In this document: piece after piece, positions 20,323-31,018 of the stretch | Layout of the letters: each line of letters begins with the position of its first letter | How positions within the stretch are numbered: the stretch's first letter is position 1 | DNA from: Alphaproteobacteria bacterium | Lineage (GTDB): Bacteria > Pseudomonadota > Alphaproteobacteria > UBA2966 | DNA length: 64,000 nt | NCBI GenBank assembly: GCA_964291395.2 | Contig: OZ219856.1 | Span: 192,001-256,000, forward strand | Direction: 5' to 3' | Translations under genes and position numbers: made by a program | Notes under the pieces: generated by a model | Databases searched by the model: none | Told to the model about the DNA's origin: nothing | Seen by the model: only the letters and a program-made list of their open reading frames with translations

Positions 20323-20817
20323 GTGATGCAGGACCTGGGATCGATGGCGCAATCCGTGGCCGCCAAGCTCAAGGAACGGGGAGAGACGGTTTCCGTCACC
20401 GAATCGTCCGGCGGAGGCCTGATCTCCGCCGCGCTCCTCTCCATCCCGGGAGCTTCCGCCTACTTCATGGGTGGCGGCGTGATTTACACGCACGAGGCGC
20501 GCCGGGGCTTGCTCGGGGTTCCGGAGGAGGCGATGAGTGGATTGCGTTCGAGCACCGAGCCTTACGCGCACCTGCTGGCGACCCGCATGAACGGGATTCT
20601 CGGCACGACGTGGACCGTGAGCGAGACGGGCGCGTCGGGACCTGCCGGCAATTCCTATGGCGACAAGCCGGGACACTCCTGTATCGCGGTGGTCGGACCG
20701 CTGAAACGGACGATGACGCTCGAGACCGGCGACGACGACCGGGTGGCCAACATGTGGGTCTTCGCGCGGACGGCCCTCGACTTCCTCGAACAGTGCATCG
20801 ACGACACGGCCGATTGA
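20323..20817 (+). CDS. CinA C-terminal/PncC-like family protein
   Basis: VSVTESSGGGLI, PGASAYF.GG, ETGASGP. Confidence 0.85.
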   Translation: MMQDLGSMAQSVAAKLKERGETVSVTESSGGGLISAALLSIPGASAYFMGGGVIYTHEARRGLLGVPEEAMSGLRSSTEPYAHLLATRMNGILGTTWTVSETGASGPAGNSYGDKPGHSCIAVVGPLKRTMTLETGDDDRVANMWVFARTALDFLEQCIDDTAD

Positions 20818-20832
20818 GGACTGAACGGTCCC

Positions 20833-21579
20833 GTGGACCCGTTCGCCGCCCTGTCCCTCGACCCCACGGCCTTCATGTTCGCGGCGGCCATGGCCGCCGC
20901 CGCCGGCTTGATACGCGGTTTCTCGGGATTTGGAGCCACGATGACCCTGGCGCCATCGCTCAGCCTGGTGATGCCGCCGCCGGAAGCCGTCGCGGTCGCG
21001 TTGACGATGGAGGTCGCGGGCGCCTCGCAGTTGTTTTCCCGCGCGGCACGTGAGGCCGACTGGCGGGAGTTCGCGCCGTTGACGCTCGCCGCCTGCGCCA
21101 TCGCTCCGTTCGGAAGCTATCTGCTCGTCACCTTGGACGCAGGCCTCACCAGACGGATGATCGGGGCAACGGTGCTCATCTTCGTTTTCGTCATGCTCTC
21201 CGGGTACCGCTTCAAAGGCCGGCCGAGCATGACCGCCTCCGTTTCCGTCGGCGGCCTCGGAGGCTTGCTGCTCGGCAGCACGGGTGTCGGCGGCCCGCCG
21301 GTCATCCTCTATCTGTTGTCCACGCCGTCGCCGGTCCAGGTCCAACGGGCCAACATCATCATCCACATCGGGCTCACGTCCGCCGCCTTGCTCGTGCTGC
21401 TGTGGCTGCATCAAGCGTTGGGCATCGTGTCCCTGTGGCGAAGCCTCGTGCTGTTTCCCGTCCTGCTCGCCGCGAACTGGGCAGGGGCGCGCCTGTTCGG
21501 GTTTGCCAGTGAAGCCCTGTTCCGGCGCTTCGCCCTGATCTTCCTTGCCTGCGTGGGATTTGTCGCGCTGACCGTATGA
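20833..21579 (+). CDS. sulfite exporter TauE/SafE family membrane protein
   Basis: GLIRGFSGFG and GSTGVGGPP repeats, about 8 TM helices. Confidence 0.88.
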   Translation: MDPFAALSLDPTAFMFAAAMAAAAGLIRGFSGFGATMTLAPSLSLVMPPPEAVAVALTMEVAGASQLFSRAAREADWREFAPLTLAACAIAPFGSYLLVTLDAGLTRRMIGATVLIFVFVMLSGYRFKGRPSMTASVSVGGLGGLLLGSTGVGGPPVILYLLSTPSPVQVQRANIIIHIGLTSAALLVLLWLHQALGIVSLWRSLVLFPVLLAANWAGARLFGFASEALFRRFALIFLACVGFVALTV

Positions 21580-21587
21580 GAGGCGGA

Positions 21588-22370
21588 TCAGAAAATGCCG
21601 TCTCGCACGCCCGTGGCGATGAAGCCACCGTCGACGTTGAGGACGTGCCCGGTGATCCACGCGGCATCGTCGCTCGCGAGCATGAAGGCGGCATTGGCGA
21701 TGTCTTCCGGCTGACCCAAGCGTCCCATGGGAATGTTGGTGAGATAGCCGGATTCGGCGGCTTCTTCATCGGGATTGGCCGCCAGCCACAGCTCCGTCTT
21801 CACGGGCCCCGGCGCGATCGAATTGATCGTGACACCATGCGGCGAAATCTCCCCGGACATGTGCTTGGTCAGCGCGATCACGGCCCCTTTCGTCGTGCCG
21901 TAGGACATGCGCCGGTCGCCGGAGCGCTGCCCCATGACGGAGGAGACGGTGATGATGCGGCCGGACTTCTGCTTGATCATCTGACGCGCCGCGATTTGGG
22001 CACAGAGGAAGGTGCCCGTCACGTTGACGTCGAGCTGGCGCTGCCAGACCTCGTCGGTGCAGTCCATCGCCGGTCCGAACAGCGCGACGCCGGCGAAGAT
22101 CGCCATGACGTCGATGCGACCGTGATCGTTGACCGTCGACGACACGAGATCCTCGACGTCCGGGCGCTTGGTAACATCCATGACGACCGCGGACGCCCGC
22201 CCTCCGGCGGCTTCGATCTTCCCGGCAACGCCCTCGGCGAGGTCCTTGTCCAGATCCGCCACGATGACGATGGCCCCTTCCCTGGCATAGCGATGGCATG
22301 TGGCCTTGCCCAGCCCGCGGCCGCCCCCGACCACGACGGTTACCCTGTCCAGAAGCCTTTGATCACTCAT
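21588..22370 (-). CDS. SDR family oxidoreductase
   Basis: GGGRGLG, YGTTK, NSIAPG, ITGHVLNVDGG. Confidence 0.9.
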   Translation of the reverse strand: MSDQRLLDRVTVVVGGGRGLGKATCHRYAREGAIVIVADLDKDLAEGVAGKIEAAGGRASAVVMDVTKRPDVEDLVSSTVNDHGRIDVMAIFAGVALFGPAMDCTDEVWQRQLDVNVTGTFLCAQIAARQMIKQKSGRIITVSSVMGQRSGDRRMSYGTTKGAVIALTKHMSGEISPHGVTINSIAPGPVKTELWLAANPDEEAAESGYLTNIPMGRLGQPEDIANAAFMLASDDAAWITGHVLNVDGGFIATGVRDGIF

Positions 22371-22576
22371 TTCGATTCTCCCCTTCGACATCGTGCTGCG
22401 GCCATCAACCACAACTGCGGGGGTGGCTTCAAGGTTCCGGGCCGAATCGGCCGGTCTCGAAGGTTTGACGCCGGGGCGGTTCCGGTGCAGCTTGCGGGTA
22501 CCCAAGCCGCGGGGTGGGGTGTCGCCGGACATCCCCGCCCGGTAGCTGATCGGATGGCGGAAATGGAGGCCGCGCC

Positions 22577-22882
22577 ATGAGCGGACGCGCACACGGCACT
22601 CTCCGCCTCACCGCCGAGCATGCCGCCTTTGAAGCCAGGGAGATCGAGCGCCTCGGCGAGGAGGCGGCGCGTGAGAAAAGGCGGCGGCAGTGGCGCAAGA
22701 TCTTCGAGGAGCGCGCCCCGCTGGTGGCCCGTCTGCTGGAGGGGCCGACGCCGGACGAGCGCGCCGAGATCTTGCGCCGGATCGGCGAGATCAACGCCGA
22801 AATCCACGCCGAGATCGACGCCGAGAAACGCGCCCAGGAAACGTGGGAGCGGGCGGGACGGCCGGCGCCGGCAGCGGTGTGA
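22577..22882 (+). CDS. hypothetical charged helical protein
   Basis: GGAGG RBS, 101 aa, host-like codon usage. Confidence 0.55.
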   Translation: MSGRAHGTLRLTAEHAAFEAREIERLGEEAAREKRRRQWRKIFEERAPLVARLLEGPTPDERAEILRRIGEINAEIHAEIDAEKRAQETWERAGRPAPAAV

Positions 22883-23012
22883 GGCCTGAAGGAACAGGTC
22901 GCCAGATCGAGCCTGGAGAACCTCCCGCTCAGAAAAACATACGCGGAACCGGGGACGGCGTGTCGAAGCTTCAGCCGCCTCTATGGTCCAATCCGCCCGA
23001 ACCGCCGGTGAG

Positions 23013-23699
23013 TCAGCCGGCGAGTCTCACGTTCTGCGGGAACATGTGACGCCGGGCCTCGTCATCCATCTCGGTCTTGAACGCATGGCGGTCCCTGAGG
23101 GCGTTCGCCCGCTCGGCCGCGGGGCGCGCACTGATTTCATCCACCAGCCGTTCGAGGTTGGGCATTTTCGGGAAGGCGTCCTCACCCAGGACGAACGGCA
23201 CCATGCGGGCCCAGCCCCACAGCGCCATGTCGACGATCGTGTACGTCTCGCCCAGCATGTAGGAATTCTCTCCGAGATGCCGGTCGAGAATTCCGTAGTG
23301 ACGCTCCGCTTCGAAGTCGTAGCGGTTGATGGCGTAGGGAAGTTCCTCCGGCGCATGATGCTTGAAATGAACGGCCTGTCCCGAATAGGGACCCACGCCC
23401 GTGGCTACGAACATCAGCCAGGACAGCAGCCGGGCCCGCATCTCCGGCGTGTCGTCCGGCAGGAATTTTCCCGTCTTCTCCGCCAGATACAGAAGGATGG
23501 CATTGCTGTCGAACACCGCAACGCCGTCATCGACGATAGCCGGCGCCTTCGCATTCGGGTTGATCGCAAGGTATTCGGGCCGGTGCTGATCGCCGAGGCG
23601 GGTATCGAGCGGCACCGGCTCGTACGCCAAACCCGCCTCTTCGAGGAACAAAGCCACCTTCATCGGATTGGGAGCGGCGTTGTAGTAGAACTTAAGCAT
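23013..23699 (-). CDS. glutathione S-transferase (YfcG/YghU-like)
   Basis: PNPMKV, INPNAKAPAI, FDSNAIL, YTIVD. Confidence 0.92.
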   Translation of the reverse strand: MLKFYYNAAPNPMKVALFLEEAGLAYEPVPLDTRLGDQHRPEYLAINPNAKAPAIVDDGVAVFDSNAILLYLAEKTGKFLPDDTPEMRARLLSWLMFVATGVGPYSGQAVHFKHHAPEELPYAINRYDFEAERHYGILDRHLGENSYMLGETYTIVDMALWGWARMVPFVLGEDAFPKMPNLERLVDEISARPAAERANALRDRHAFKTEMDDEARRHMFPQNVRLAG

Positions 23700-23885
23700 G
23701 TCTGACCTTTCATTTTGCCGGCCCATTTGGACGAAACCGGCGGGTCTCTCAGGATACGCTCGGTCCCTGGGCTCCCCTGGCGGCGCCCAGGCCGCCGGAG
23801 GTAACGGGCACACAACCCTCCAGCGGCTATCAACATCTCTGGACGCGATGTCCGACTTCGACCCCCAGGATCCGTACCGGTACGA

Positions 23886-26516
23886 CTACCAGTAGAGGCC
23901 GCCGCGCAGCATGACGCCACGGTCGGTCGCGCCGCGCGCCCGCCGGCTGTGCACGCCTTCCAGGCTCATGTGTACCGACGGCCCGATGTCGAGCCGCCCG
24001 CCAAGGCTCAGCCGCCGTGACCCTTCCCCCGACAGCGACGCGTCGGTGTAGGGCGTCAGCACGCCTCGACCGGCGTCGATGCCGTAGGCGATCCGCGCAT
24101 TCAGCCGCCCGGCCGCCTGGTTGTCCGGTGCCGCTCCTCCGGTCGCCCCGGCCTCCCACAACCGTTGCACGCCGCTCGCCGTCCGGCCCCACGCCGGCTG
24201 CACGCTGAGCGCAAGCCCCAGGCCCCCCGCGCCGGGATCGAGCCGCACAAGCCCGCTCACACCCCACTCCTCGTAATCGCCGCCATGGGACAGCAGCGTC
24301 CGGGCCCGGCCCTCGAGGGTCAGCCCCGACGCCGCGTCGGCATAACGCAGGCCGCCCCCGGTCTCGACACCGTTGCCGGTCTCGCCGTCTCCGCCGTCAT
24401 GCCGCATGCCGATCTCGAGCGACGGCGTGAACGTTGCCCCTGAGGCGAGTTCCTGGACATGGGACCCTTCCAATGTCAGACGCTGCCGGCTGGCATTCAA
24501 CGTCATGCTCCGGAGGGTCCCCGAGCCATCGATGTCGGCCCGCGTGAACGCCGTCTCGCCTTTCAGCCGCAAGCTCGTGGTGCCGCCCTCGATCACCTGA
24601 TCGCTGGCCATCAGCGGCCCGCTCACGCCCGCCGCCACCATCTGCTGCGTCAGGTCGCTCGCTTCCCTGCCCGTCGAGCCGTCGATTTCAACCTCGCCCG
24701 AGCCAAAGCCGGCCGTGGCCCACAGGTTCATGCCCCCCGGCGACTGCCAGCCCACGTAGGGGTTGACGCTCGTCAGGGTGGTCGTGAGCTCACCCGTCTG
24801 GGCGTCGGTGTCCGTGTAATCCACCGTCCCTTGCGCCCGCGCCACCGACATCCCCGCCAGCAGGTTCGCGCTCAGCCTGGTATCGATCCCGAGGTTGGCG
24901 CTCACCACGTTGCCGTCGTAGTCCACGCTCTGACGGCCGCCGCCGGAGAGGTTGCGGTAGTCCCCGCTTCCCCAGAGCGTCAGGTCTCCGAACGGGCCGT
25001 TCCCCCAGGAACCCGCCGCGTTGAGCGGCAGGGTGAAGGACGAGCCCGCCAGCAGCCGGCTGGGATCGAACGTGCCGATCTGCAGGGCCCGCCCGTGTGT
25101 CAGGAGGATATCGGAGAGGGTGGAGGCGCCGGCGAGTTTGAGCTCTTTGGCCGGCAGGCTGTCCGACGTCGCCTGCCGGATGCGGCCCGAGACGGCGTCG
25201 ACGGTGCTCGCCGTCATGGCCCGCATGACCTGCGGCAGCACAGACTCGATGACCGCGTTTCCGCCCTCCGCGACCGCCTCGGTTGAGCTCCCATAAAATC
25301 CCGACCCGATGATGTAATGGAGTGGGACTACACTTCCGTCCGGCCTCTGGAGTTGACCGGTGAACTCGCGGGCGTAGCCCACTTTGGGGATGTCGGCCCT
25401 GTCGCTGTCGTCGGCGGGGTCGTCCCAGAAATACTCCACGAAGCCGCCCTCGGGGCTGCTCCGTGCCGCCGCGATGACCTGCGGCAGAACGAGTTCTCCG
25501 GTCACGGCGTCTCGGACGGTCGGTATCAGAGGCCGATATTCGAATCTGTCCGGGAACGCTGCGTGAAACGAGATGACGTTGCTGACAGTATCCAGAACGT
25601 AGAGATACACGGAACCGTGCCTCCAGGGCCCGTTCGGATCCCGCAACGCAATCCTGGCTTTTGAGGCAGCGGCTGCATCGCCGGTCCTCACGATTTCAAG
25701 AAAGTAATTTCCTGCTTGCGCGACGAAGGCCTTCAGGGTTTCCCGGTCCACCACGTCCCTGGCGGTTACGGCCGGATCGCCGTAGTCGATCTCTTCTGGA
25801 GCCAGGTGAGATGCGTTGAGATCGAATCCCGCGAGCAACACGATCGGAGACCCAAGCTCAGACGAGACGTAGACGCTGGCGTAGCCGGAGGCACCGGTGA
25901 TGCCCGGCCGCACTCCCGGTATAGGGACGGTGGCGTCGAACGGAGCATCCGGTTCTTGCGACAATGTGGCGATGAGCGCAGCTACGGCGCTGTTGCGCAT
26001 GCCGGGATCGGGAGACGTCAGGTTGGCCAGATCCGTTGGGGAGACGCCCAGCGCAGAGAGAATCTCTGCATAAATCGCGGGGCTGAGTTGCCTGCCCGAC
26101 AGTGCCATGTCCTTCGCGTGAATGAACACCCTGCCGTCGAGCGTCAGGCTCACGAGGTAGGTAGAACCGGAACGCCAGGGCCCGCCCTCCTGCCTTACGA
26201 GACATGCAATATATGGCCCTTGCCCCACGGTCGTGGCCCCCTGGGCATGTTCTCTGGACCGCTCTCTCGCGTCCAGCGCGAAGTCCATCAGGCTGCCGGT
26301 GCCGTTTTCCACCTGTTGCGCCGTCACACGCGGGGCCTCGACAGGAGTCGCGCCGGCGGGGAGTGGGCAAGCTTCCTGCGTCTGCGCAAAGGCGGGGCGC
26401 GTATCGGAAAAGACGCCGGCCAGCACGAAAAGGCCGACAACAAGAACCATCGATGTCGGGGTGGGCAATGTCCCGGTTCTCATCCTGAAGGTCCCTTTGC
26501 TCCGAAAGGCAAACAT
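23886..26516 (-). CDS. autotransporter with Cache-like passenger domains
   Basis: Signal peptide; two repeats of GPWRxGSxYL...H; GGFVEYFWDDP..KVGY (single-Cache pattern); beta-barrel LWGSGDYR..., terminal W; start may be M11. Confidence 0.8.
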   Translation of the reverse strand: MFAFRSKGTFRMRTGTLPTPTSMVLVVGLFVLAGVFSDTRPAFAQTQEACPLPAGATPVEAPRVTAQQVENGTGSLMDFALDARERSREHAQGATTVGQGPYIACLVRQEGGPWRSGSTYLVSLTLDGRVFIHAKDMALSGRQLSPAIYAEILSALGVSPTDLANLTSPDPGMRNSAVAALIATLSQEPDAPFDATVPIPGVRPGITGASGYASVYVSSELGSPIVLLAGFDLNASHLAPEEIDYGDPAVTARDVVDRETLKAFVAQAGNYFLEIVRTGDAAAASKARIALRDPNGPWRHGSVYLYVLDTVSNVISFHAAFPDRFEYRPLIPTVRDAVTGELVLPQVIAAARSSPEGGFVEYFWDDPADDSDRADIPKVGYAREFTGQLQRPDGSVVPLHYIIGSGFYGSSTEAVAEGGNAVIESVLPQVMRAMTASTVDAVSGRIRQATSDSLPAKELKLAGASTLSDILLTHGRALQIGTFDPSRLLAGSSFTLPLNAAGSWGNGPFGDLTLWGSGDYRNLSGGGRQSVDYDGNVVSANLGIDTRLSANLLAGMSVARAQGTVDYTDTDAQTGELTTTLTSVNPYVGWQSPGGMNLWATAGFGSGEVEIDGSTGREASDLTQQMVAAGVSGPLMASDQVIEGGTTSLRLKGETAFTRADIDGSGTLRSMTLNASRQRLTLEGSHVQELASGATFTPSLEIGMRHDGGDGETGNGVETGGGLRYADAASGLTLEGRARTLLSHGGDYEEWGVSGLVRLDPGAGGLGLALSVQPAWGRTASGVQRLWEAGATGGAAPDNQAAGRLNARIAYGIDAGRGVLTPYTDASLSGEGSRRLSLGGRLDIGPSVHMSLEGVHSRRARGATDRGVMLRGGLYW

Positions 26517-26855
26517 GTGACTTGCCCCTGATCCGCCCCGACTAACCGGTCCGGTTTGAATGTTAGTGCATAAAACTGCTTCAGATGGGCAAGGCGTAAC
26601 ATCGGCGTCCCATCATCTCTGCCACCGACCAGTATGATGTAGCCTTCGGCCGATTGCACGCGCCAGCCGTCCGGCCGCCTCGCCCGGTATGGCATCATCG
26701 GGATGAGTGTATCGGTCGGTGGGAGTCTGTCGTCCGCGCCTCCGACCATCCGGTTCCCGGCGCGAGACTTGGCATAAATCCCGAAATTTGGCACACACCG
26801 CCTGCGACCCGACATTATGCCGTGCGCGCGGCATCGCAATCCGGAGACCGAACCC

Positions 26856-28556
26856 ATGAACGTCGCGGAAACCGATCTCGACGAGGGGCCACGCGACTTC
26901 ATCCGAGATATCGTGCGAAGCGATCTGGCCGCAGGGCGCGTGGAGACCGTCGTCACCCGGTTTCCGCCGGAGCCCAACGGATATCTCCATATCGGCCACG
27001 CCAAGTCCATCTGCCTGAATTTCGGCGTGGGGCAGGGCTTCGGTGGCCGCTGCCATATGCGATTCGACGACACCAACCCCACCAAGGAAGAGCACGAATA
27101 CATCGACAGCATCCAGGAAGACGTCCGCTGGCTGGGATTCGACTGGGGCGAACATCTCTATTTCGCGTCGGACCACTTCGAACGCCTGTACGAGTGGGGC
27201 CGGCACCTGATCCGCAACGGCGACGCCTACGTCGACGATCTCTCGGCGAACGAAATCCGCGAATACCGGGGAACGCTGACGGCACCCGGCACCGACAGTC
27301 CCTACCGCGATCGCCCCGTCGACGAGAGCCTGGATCTGTTTGCCCGCATGCGCGCGGGTGAATTCCCCGACGGTGCGCGCGTACTTCGCGCCAGGATCGA
27401 TATGGCGTCGGGAAACATCAACATGCGGGATCCCGTGCTCTACCGCATCCTTCACGCCGAACACCCGCGCACCGGCACGGACTGGTGCATCTACCCGACG
27501 TACGACTTCGCTCACGGGCAGTCGGACGCGATCGAGGGAGTCACCCATTCTCTGTGCACCCTCGAGTTCGAGGATCATCGCCCCCTCTACGATTGGCTGA
27601 TCGAGCGCCTGCCGGTGCCGTACGTGCCCAAGCAGTACGAGTTTGCCCGCCTCAACCTGACCTACACGGTCATGTCGAAACGTGCCCTGATCCGGTTGGT
27701 CCGGGAGGGCCATGTCAGGGGATGGGACGACCCGCGCATGCCCACGCTGAGCGGCATGCGGCGGCGCGGCATCCCTCCCGAGGCGATCCGGGACTTCATC
27801 GGGCGCATCGGCGTGGCCAAGGCGGACAACCTGGTTGACGTGGCCATGCTCGAACATTGCATCCGCGGCCAACTCAACAAGCGGGCGCCGCGGCGGATGG
27901 GCGTGCTCGATCCCCTCAAGGTGGTTATCGAGAACTACCCGGAGGGCGAGGGGGAAGTCCTGGAGGCGGTCAACAACCCGGAAGATCCGGAAGCCGGCAC
28001 CCGCACCGTGCCCTTCGGCCGGGAAATCTTCATCGAGCGCGCCGATTTCATGAAGGATCCGCCCAGGAAGTTCTTCCGGCTGGCGCCCGGCCGGGAGGTG
28101 CGGCTTCGCTACGCCTATTTCATCACCTGCACGGACGTGATCGAGGATGCCTCCGGCGAGGTCGTCGAACTCCGCTGCACGTACGATCCCGAAACCCGGG
28201 GCGGGAATTCGCCGGACGGCCGCAAGGTCAAGGGAACCCTGCACTGGGTCTCGGCGGCGCACGCCGTGGCCGCCGAAATCCGCCTCTACGACCGCCTGTT
28301 CACGCGGTCCGACATGAGCGCGAGCGGCGACTTCGTCGCCGATCTGAACCCGCAGTCCGTCACCGTCCTGGAAGGCTGCCGCGTCGAGCCCGAAGCCCGG
28401 AACACGGCGGAGGGTGCCGTCATTCAGTTCGAGCGCCAGGGCTACTTCTGCGTCGATCCCGATTCGACGGAAGACAACCTGGTTTTCAATCGCACGATCG
28501 GGCTGCGCGATACCTGGGCGAAAATCCAGAGCGCCGAAGGCGGGAGCGGTCCGTAG
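26856..28556 (+). CDS. glnS: glutamine--tRNA ligase
   Basis: [50 protein letters not shown]. Confidence 0.96.
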   Translation: MNVAETDLDEGPRDFIRDIVRSDLAAGRVETVVTRFPPEPNGYLHIGHAKSICLNFGVGQGFGGRCHMRFDDTNPTKEEHEYIDSIQEDVRWLGFDWGEHLYFASDHFERLYEWGRHLIRNGDAYVDDLSANEIREYRGTLTAPGTDSPYRDRPVDESLDLFARMRAGEFPDGARVLRARIDMASGNINMRDPVLYRILHAEHPRTGTDWCIYPTYDFAHGQSDAIEGVTHSLCTLEFEDHRPLYDWLIERLPVPYVPKQYEFARLNLTYTVMSKRALIRLVREGHVRGWDDPRMPTLSGMRRRGIPPEAIRDFIGRIGVAKADNLVDVAMLEHCIRGQLNKRAPRRMGVLDPLKVVIENYPEGEGEVLEAVNNPEDPEAGTRTVPFGREIFIERADFMKDPPRKFFRLAPGREVRLRYAYFITCTDVIEDASGEVVELRCTYDPETRGGNSPDGRKVKGTLHWVSAAHAVAAEIRLYDRLFTRSDMSASGDFVADLNPQSVTVLEGCRVEPEARNTAEGAVIQFERQGYFCVDPDSTEDNLVFNRTIGLRDTWAKIQSAEGGSGP

Positions 28557-28704
28557 GCATCGCCGCGCGCTCCGCCGGTGCGCGATGCCCGACACACGTC
28601 GTGCCCGCCTTGTCGTCGGACCGGTATCCGATGCACCATGCCGCCGATGTCTACGGCCGGCACTCGGTGTGGCGGGCCATCGACAGGTTCCGACGGAGAG
28701 CCCC

Positions 28705-29568
28705 TTGGGCCTGAATTACGACGCACTGATGAACCACGAGTTCGAAGAGCTCGTACAGACCTATACGACCGCCGACACGGCGCTCTACGCGCTTGGTGTC
28801 GGTCTGGGTCATGATCCGCTGGACGAGGCCCAGCTGCGGTTCGTGTACGAGGAGAACATGTTGGCGCTGCCCACCATGGCCACGGTTTTGGCGGGCCATG
28901 GGTTCTGGCTCAAGGAGTCCTGGACCGGGGTGGATTGGGTTCAGGTCCTGCACGGAGAGCAGGGATTGCGCCTGCACGGCGTTCTGCCGGCGGCGGCGAC
29001 CGTCAAGGCCCGCATGCGGGTCACCGAGATCGTCGACAAGGGTCCCGACAAGGGCGCATTCATCCATTCCGAGCGCGAACTCAGGGACGAGACGACCGGA
29101 GATCTCCTGTGCACGTTGACCGCGACGGTCGTCGCCCGGGGTGACGGCGGCTTCGGCGGGCCGTCCCGGAGGAGCAGGCCCGTCCATGTCCCACCCGACC
29201 GCGACCCGGATGCGGTGTGCGATCTGCCCACGCTCTCTCAAGCCGCGCTCATCTACCGTCTGTCGGGCGATTTCAATCCCCTCCACGCGGTTCCGTCCGT
29301 AGCGCGAGAGGCGGGGTTCGAGGCGCCGATCCTGCACGGCCTGTGCACGCTCGGCGTCGCCGGCCATGCCGTTCTCAAGACCTGGTGCGGCTACGATCCC
29401 GCCCGATTCAAAAGTCTGGACCTGAGGTTCTCGGCGCCGGTGTACCCGGGCGAAACCATCCGCACGGAGATGTGGCGGGACGACGGGGTCGTATCGTTCC
29501 GGGCACGGGCCATCGAACGCGACGTCGTGGTGCTCGACAACGGCCGGGCCGAGGTGTCGGAGGCATGA
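28705..29568 (+). CDS. MaoC-like double hot-dog dehydratase
   Basis: LYALGVG, LHGEQ, YRLSGDFNPLH, ILHGLCT; TTG start after GGAGAG. Confidence 0.9.
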   Translation: MGLNYDALMNHEFEELVQTYTTADTALYALGVGLGHDPLDEAQLRFVYEENMLALPTMATVLAGHGFWLKESWTGVDWVQVLHGEQGLRLHGVLPAAATVKARMRVTEIVDKGPDKGAFIHSERELRDETTGDLLCTLTATVVARGDGGFGGPSRRSRPVHVPPDRDPDAVCDLPTLSQAALIYRLSGDFNPLHAVPSVAREAGFEAPILHGLCTLGVAGHAVLKTWCGYDPARFKSLDLRFSAPVYPGETIRTEMWRDDGVVSFRARAIERDVVVLDNGRAEVSEA

Positions 29569-29790
29569 GCGGGGATGGGGACCCGCACACCAGGATGCTA
29601 CGGGAATCGTTGCGGGCAGCCTCGACGAACCCACCCGTCTCGTGAGGATCGGTCAGGTCTTCACGGCGGAGAAGGCGGACTTCGTCGACCTCGCCGAAGA
29701 CGTGCCGACCTTCGCGGGGTCGTCGAAGGGCGCCTTCGACCATGACCATGTCTGACGTGCCCTGACGCCCTTGGACACCGTGGGCTGCCC

Positions 29791-30903
29791 ATGCGCGTAT
29801 TGATCTGCGGCGGCGGCGTCATCGGCGCCTCGATCGCCTGTTTCATGAGTGCGCGCGGCGTCGAAACCACCGTGATCGAGCGCACGGGGGTCGCCAACGC
29901 GGCGTCAGGCAAGTCGGGCGGCTTCCTGGCGCTCGACTGGTGCGACGGCTCTCCCGTGGAAGCGCTCGCGCGACGCAGCTTCGCGCTTCACGCGGAACTC
30001 GCCGACAAGACCGATGACGACTGGGGCTATCGGCGCCTCGATACCCTGTCCGTCGTTGCCAGCGCACGCCGCGATGTCGGCATCTATCGGCGGCTCGACT
30101 CTCCGGGCTGGCTGGATGGCGAAACGGCGGTGCGCGCTCGACTCGGCACGACGGAGTCCACCGCGCAGGTCGATCCCGCGGCCTTCACCAAGGGGATGAT
30201 GCGCGCCGCGATCGCGAACGGGGCGCAACTCGTGATGGGGAACGTCACGGGCCTTGCCTTCGCCGGTCCCGGCACGGCGGTGCGAGGGGTCGTGGTGGAC
30301 GACGAGGAGGTGGAGGGCGATGCCGTCGTCATCGCGATGGGACCCTGGTCGGTTCTCGCCTGCCGGTGGCTGCCGCTGCCGGCGGTGTACGGCCTGAAGG
30401 GCCACAGTCTGGTGTTTCGCTACGCACCGCCGGTACGCCCCCATGCGCTGTTCGTGGAGCTCGAGAGCGAAACCGGCGCGGTTGCGTCGCCCGAGGTGAT
30501 ACCCCGCCCCGACGGAACGACTTACGTCTGTGGCCTGTCCAGTGAGGCGCCGCTTCCCGTGGATCCGGGCCGGGTCGCGCCGGACGATGGAGGATGCGAG
30601 AAGCTGCGCGCGATGACCGCCCGATTCGCACCCGAATTGGGCGGCTCGGAAGTTCTCGCTGCCCAGGCGTGCTATCGCCCCGTCGCCCAGGACGGTCTGC
30701 CGCTCATCGGCCCCATATCCGGAGTCGACGGCGCGTTCGTGGCGACGGGCCATGGCGTTTGGGGCATGCTGAACGGCCCCGCTACGGGCGAAGCCGTCAC
30801 CGAATTGATCGTCGATGGGGCTGCCAGCACGGTGAATCTGGCGCCTTTCGACCCGTCGCGATTGGCGCCGCTGGAAGCGACCGCCGTGCGAGCGGAAGCC
30901 TGA
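29791..30903 (+). CDS. FAD-dependent oxidoreductase (DAO family)
   Basis: GGGVIG, ASGKSGG, GPWS, ATGHGVWG..NGPATG. Confidence 0.9.
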   Translation: MRVLICGGGVIGASIACFMSARGVETTVIERTGVANAASGKSGGFLALDWCDGSPVEALARRSFALHAELADKTDDDWGYRRLDTLSVVASARRDVGIYRRLDSPGWLDGETAVRARLGTTESTAQVDPAAFTKGMMRAAIANGAQLVMGNVTGLAFAGPGTAVRGVVVDDEEVEGDAVVIAMGPWSVLACRWLPLPAVYGLKGHSLVFRYAPPVRPHALFVELESETGAVASPEVIPRPDGTTYVCGLSSEAPLPVDPGRVAPDDGGCEKLRAMTARFAPELGGSEVLAAQACYRPVAQDGLPLIGPISGVDGAFVATGHGVWGMLNGPATGEAVTELIVDGAASTVNLAPFDPSRLAPLEATAVRAEA

Positions 30904-31018
30904 CGCACCGTCTCCGGAAACCCTGTGCGAGCAGCCGGGTATCTGCCCGCTCGGGGTTTCGGCGGTCGCGGGTTCGACGATGGAACCGTCGATCCTGCGG
31001 ATGTAGCCCCGTGGCCGT

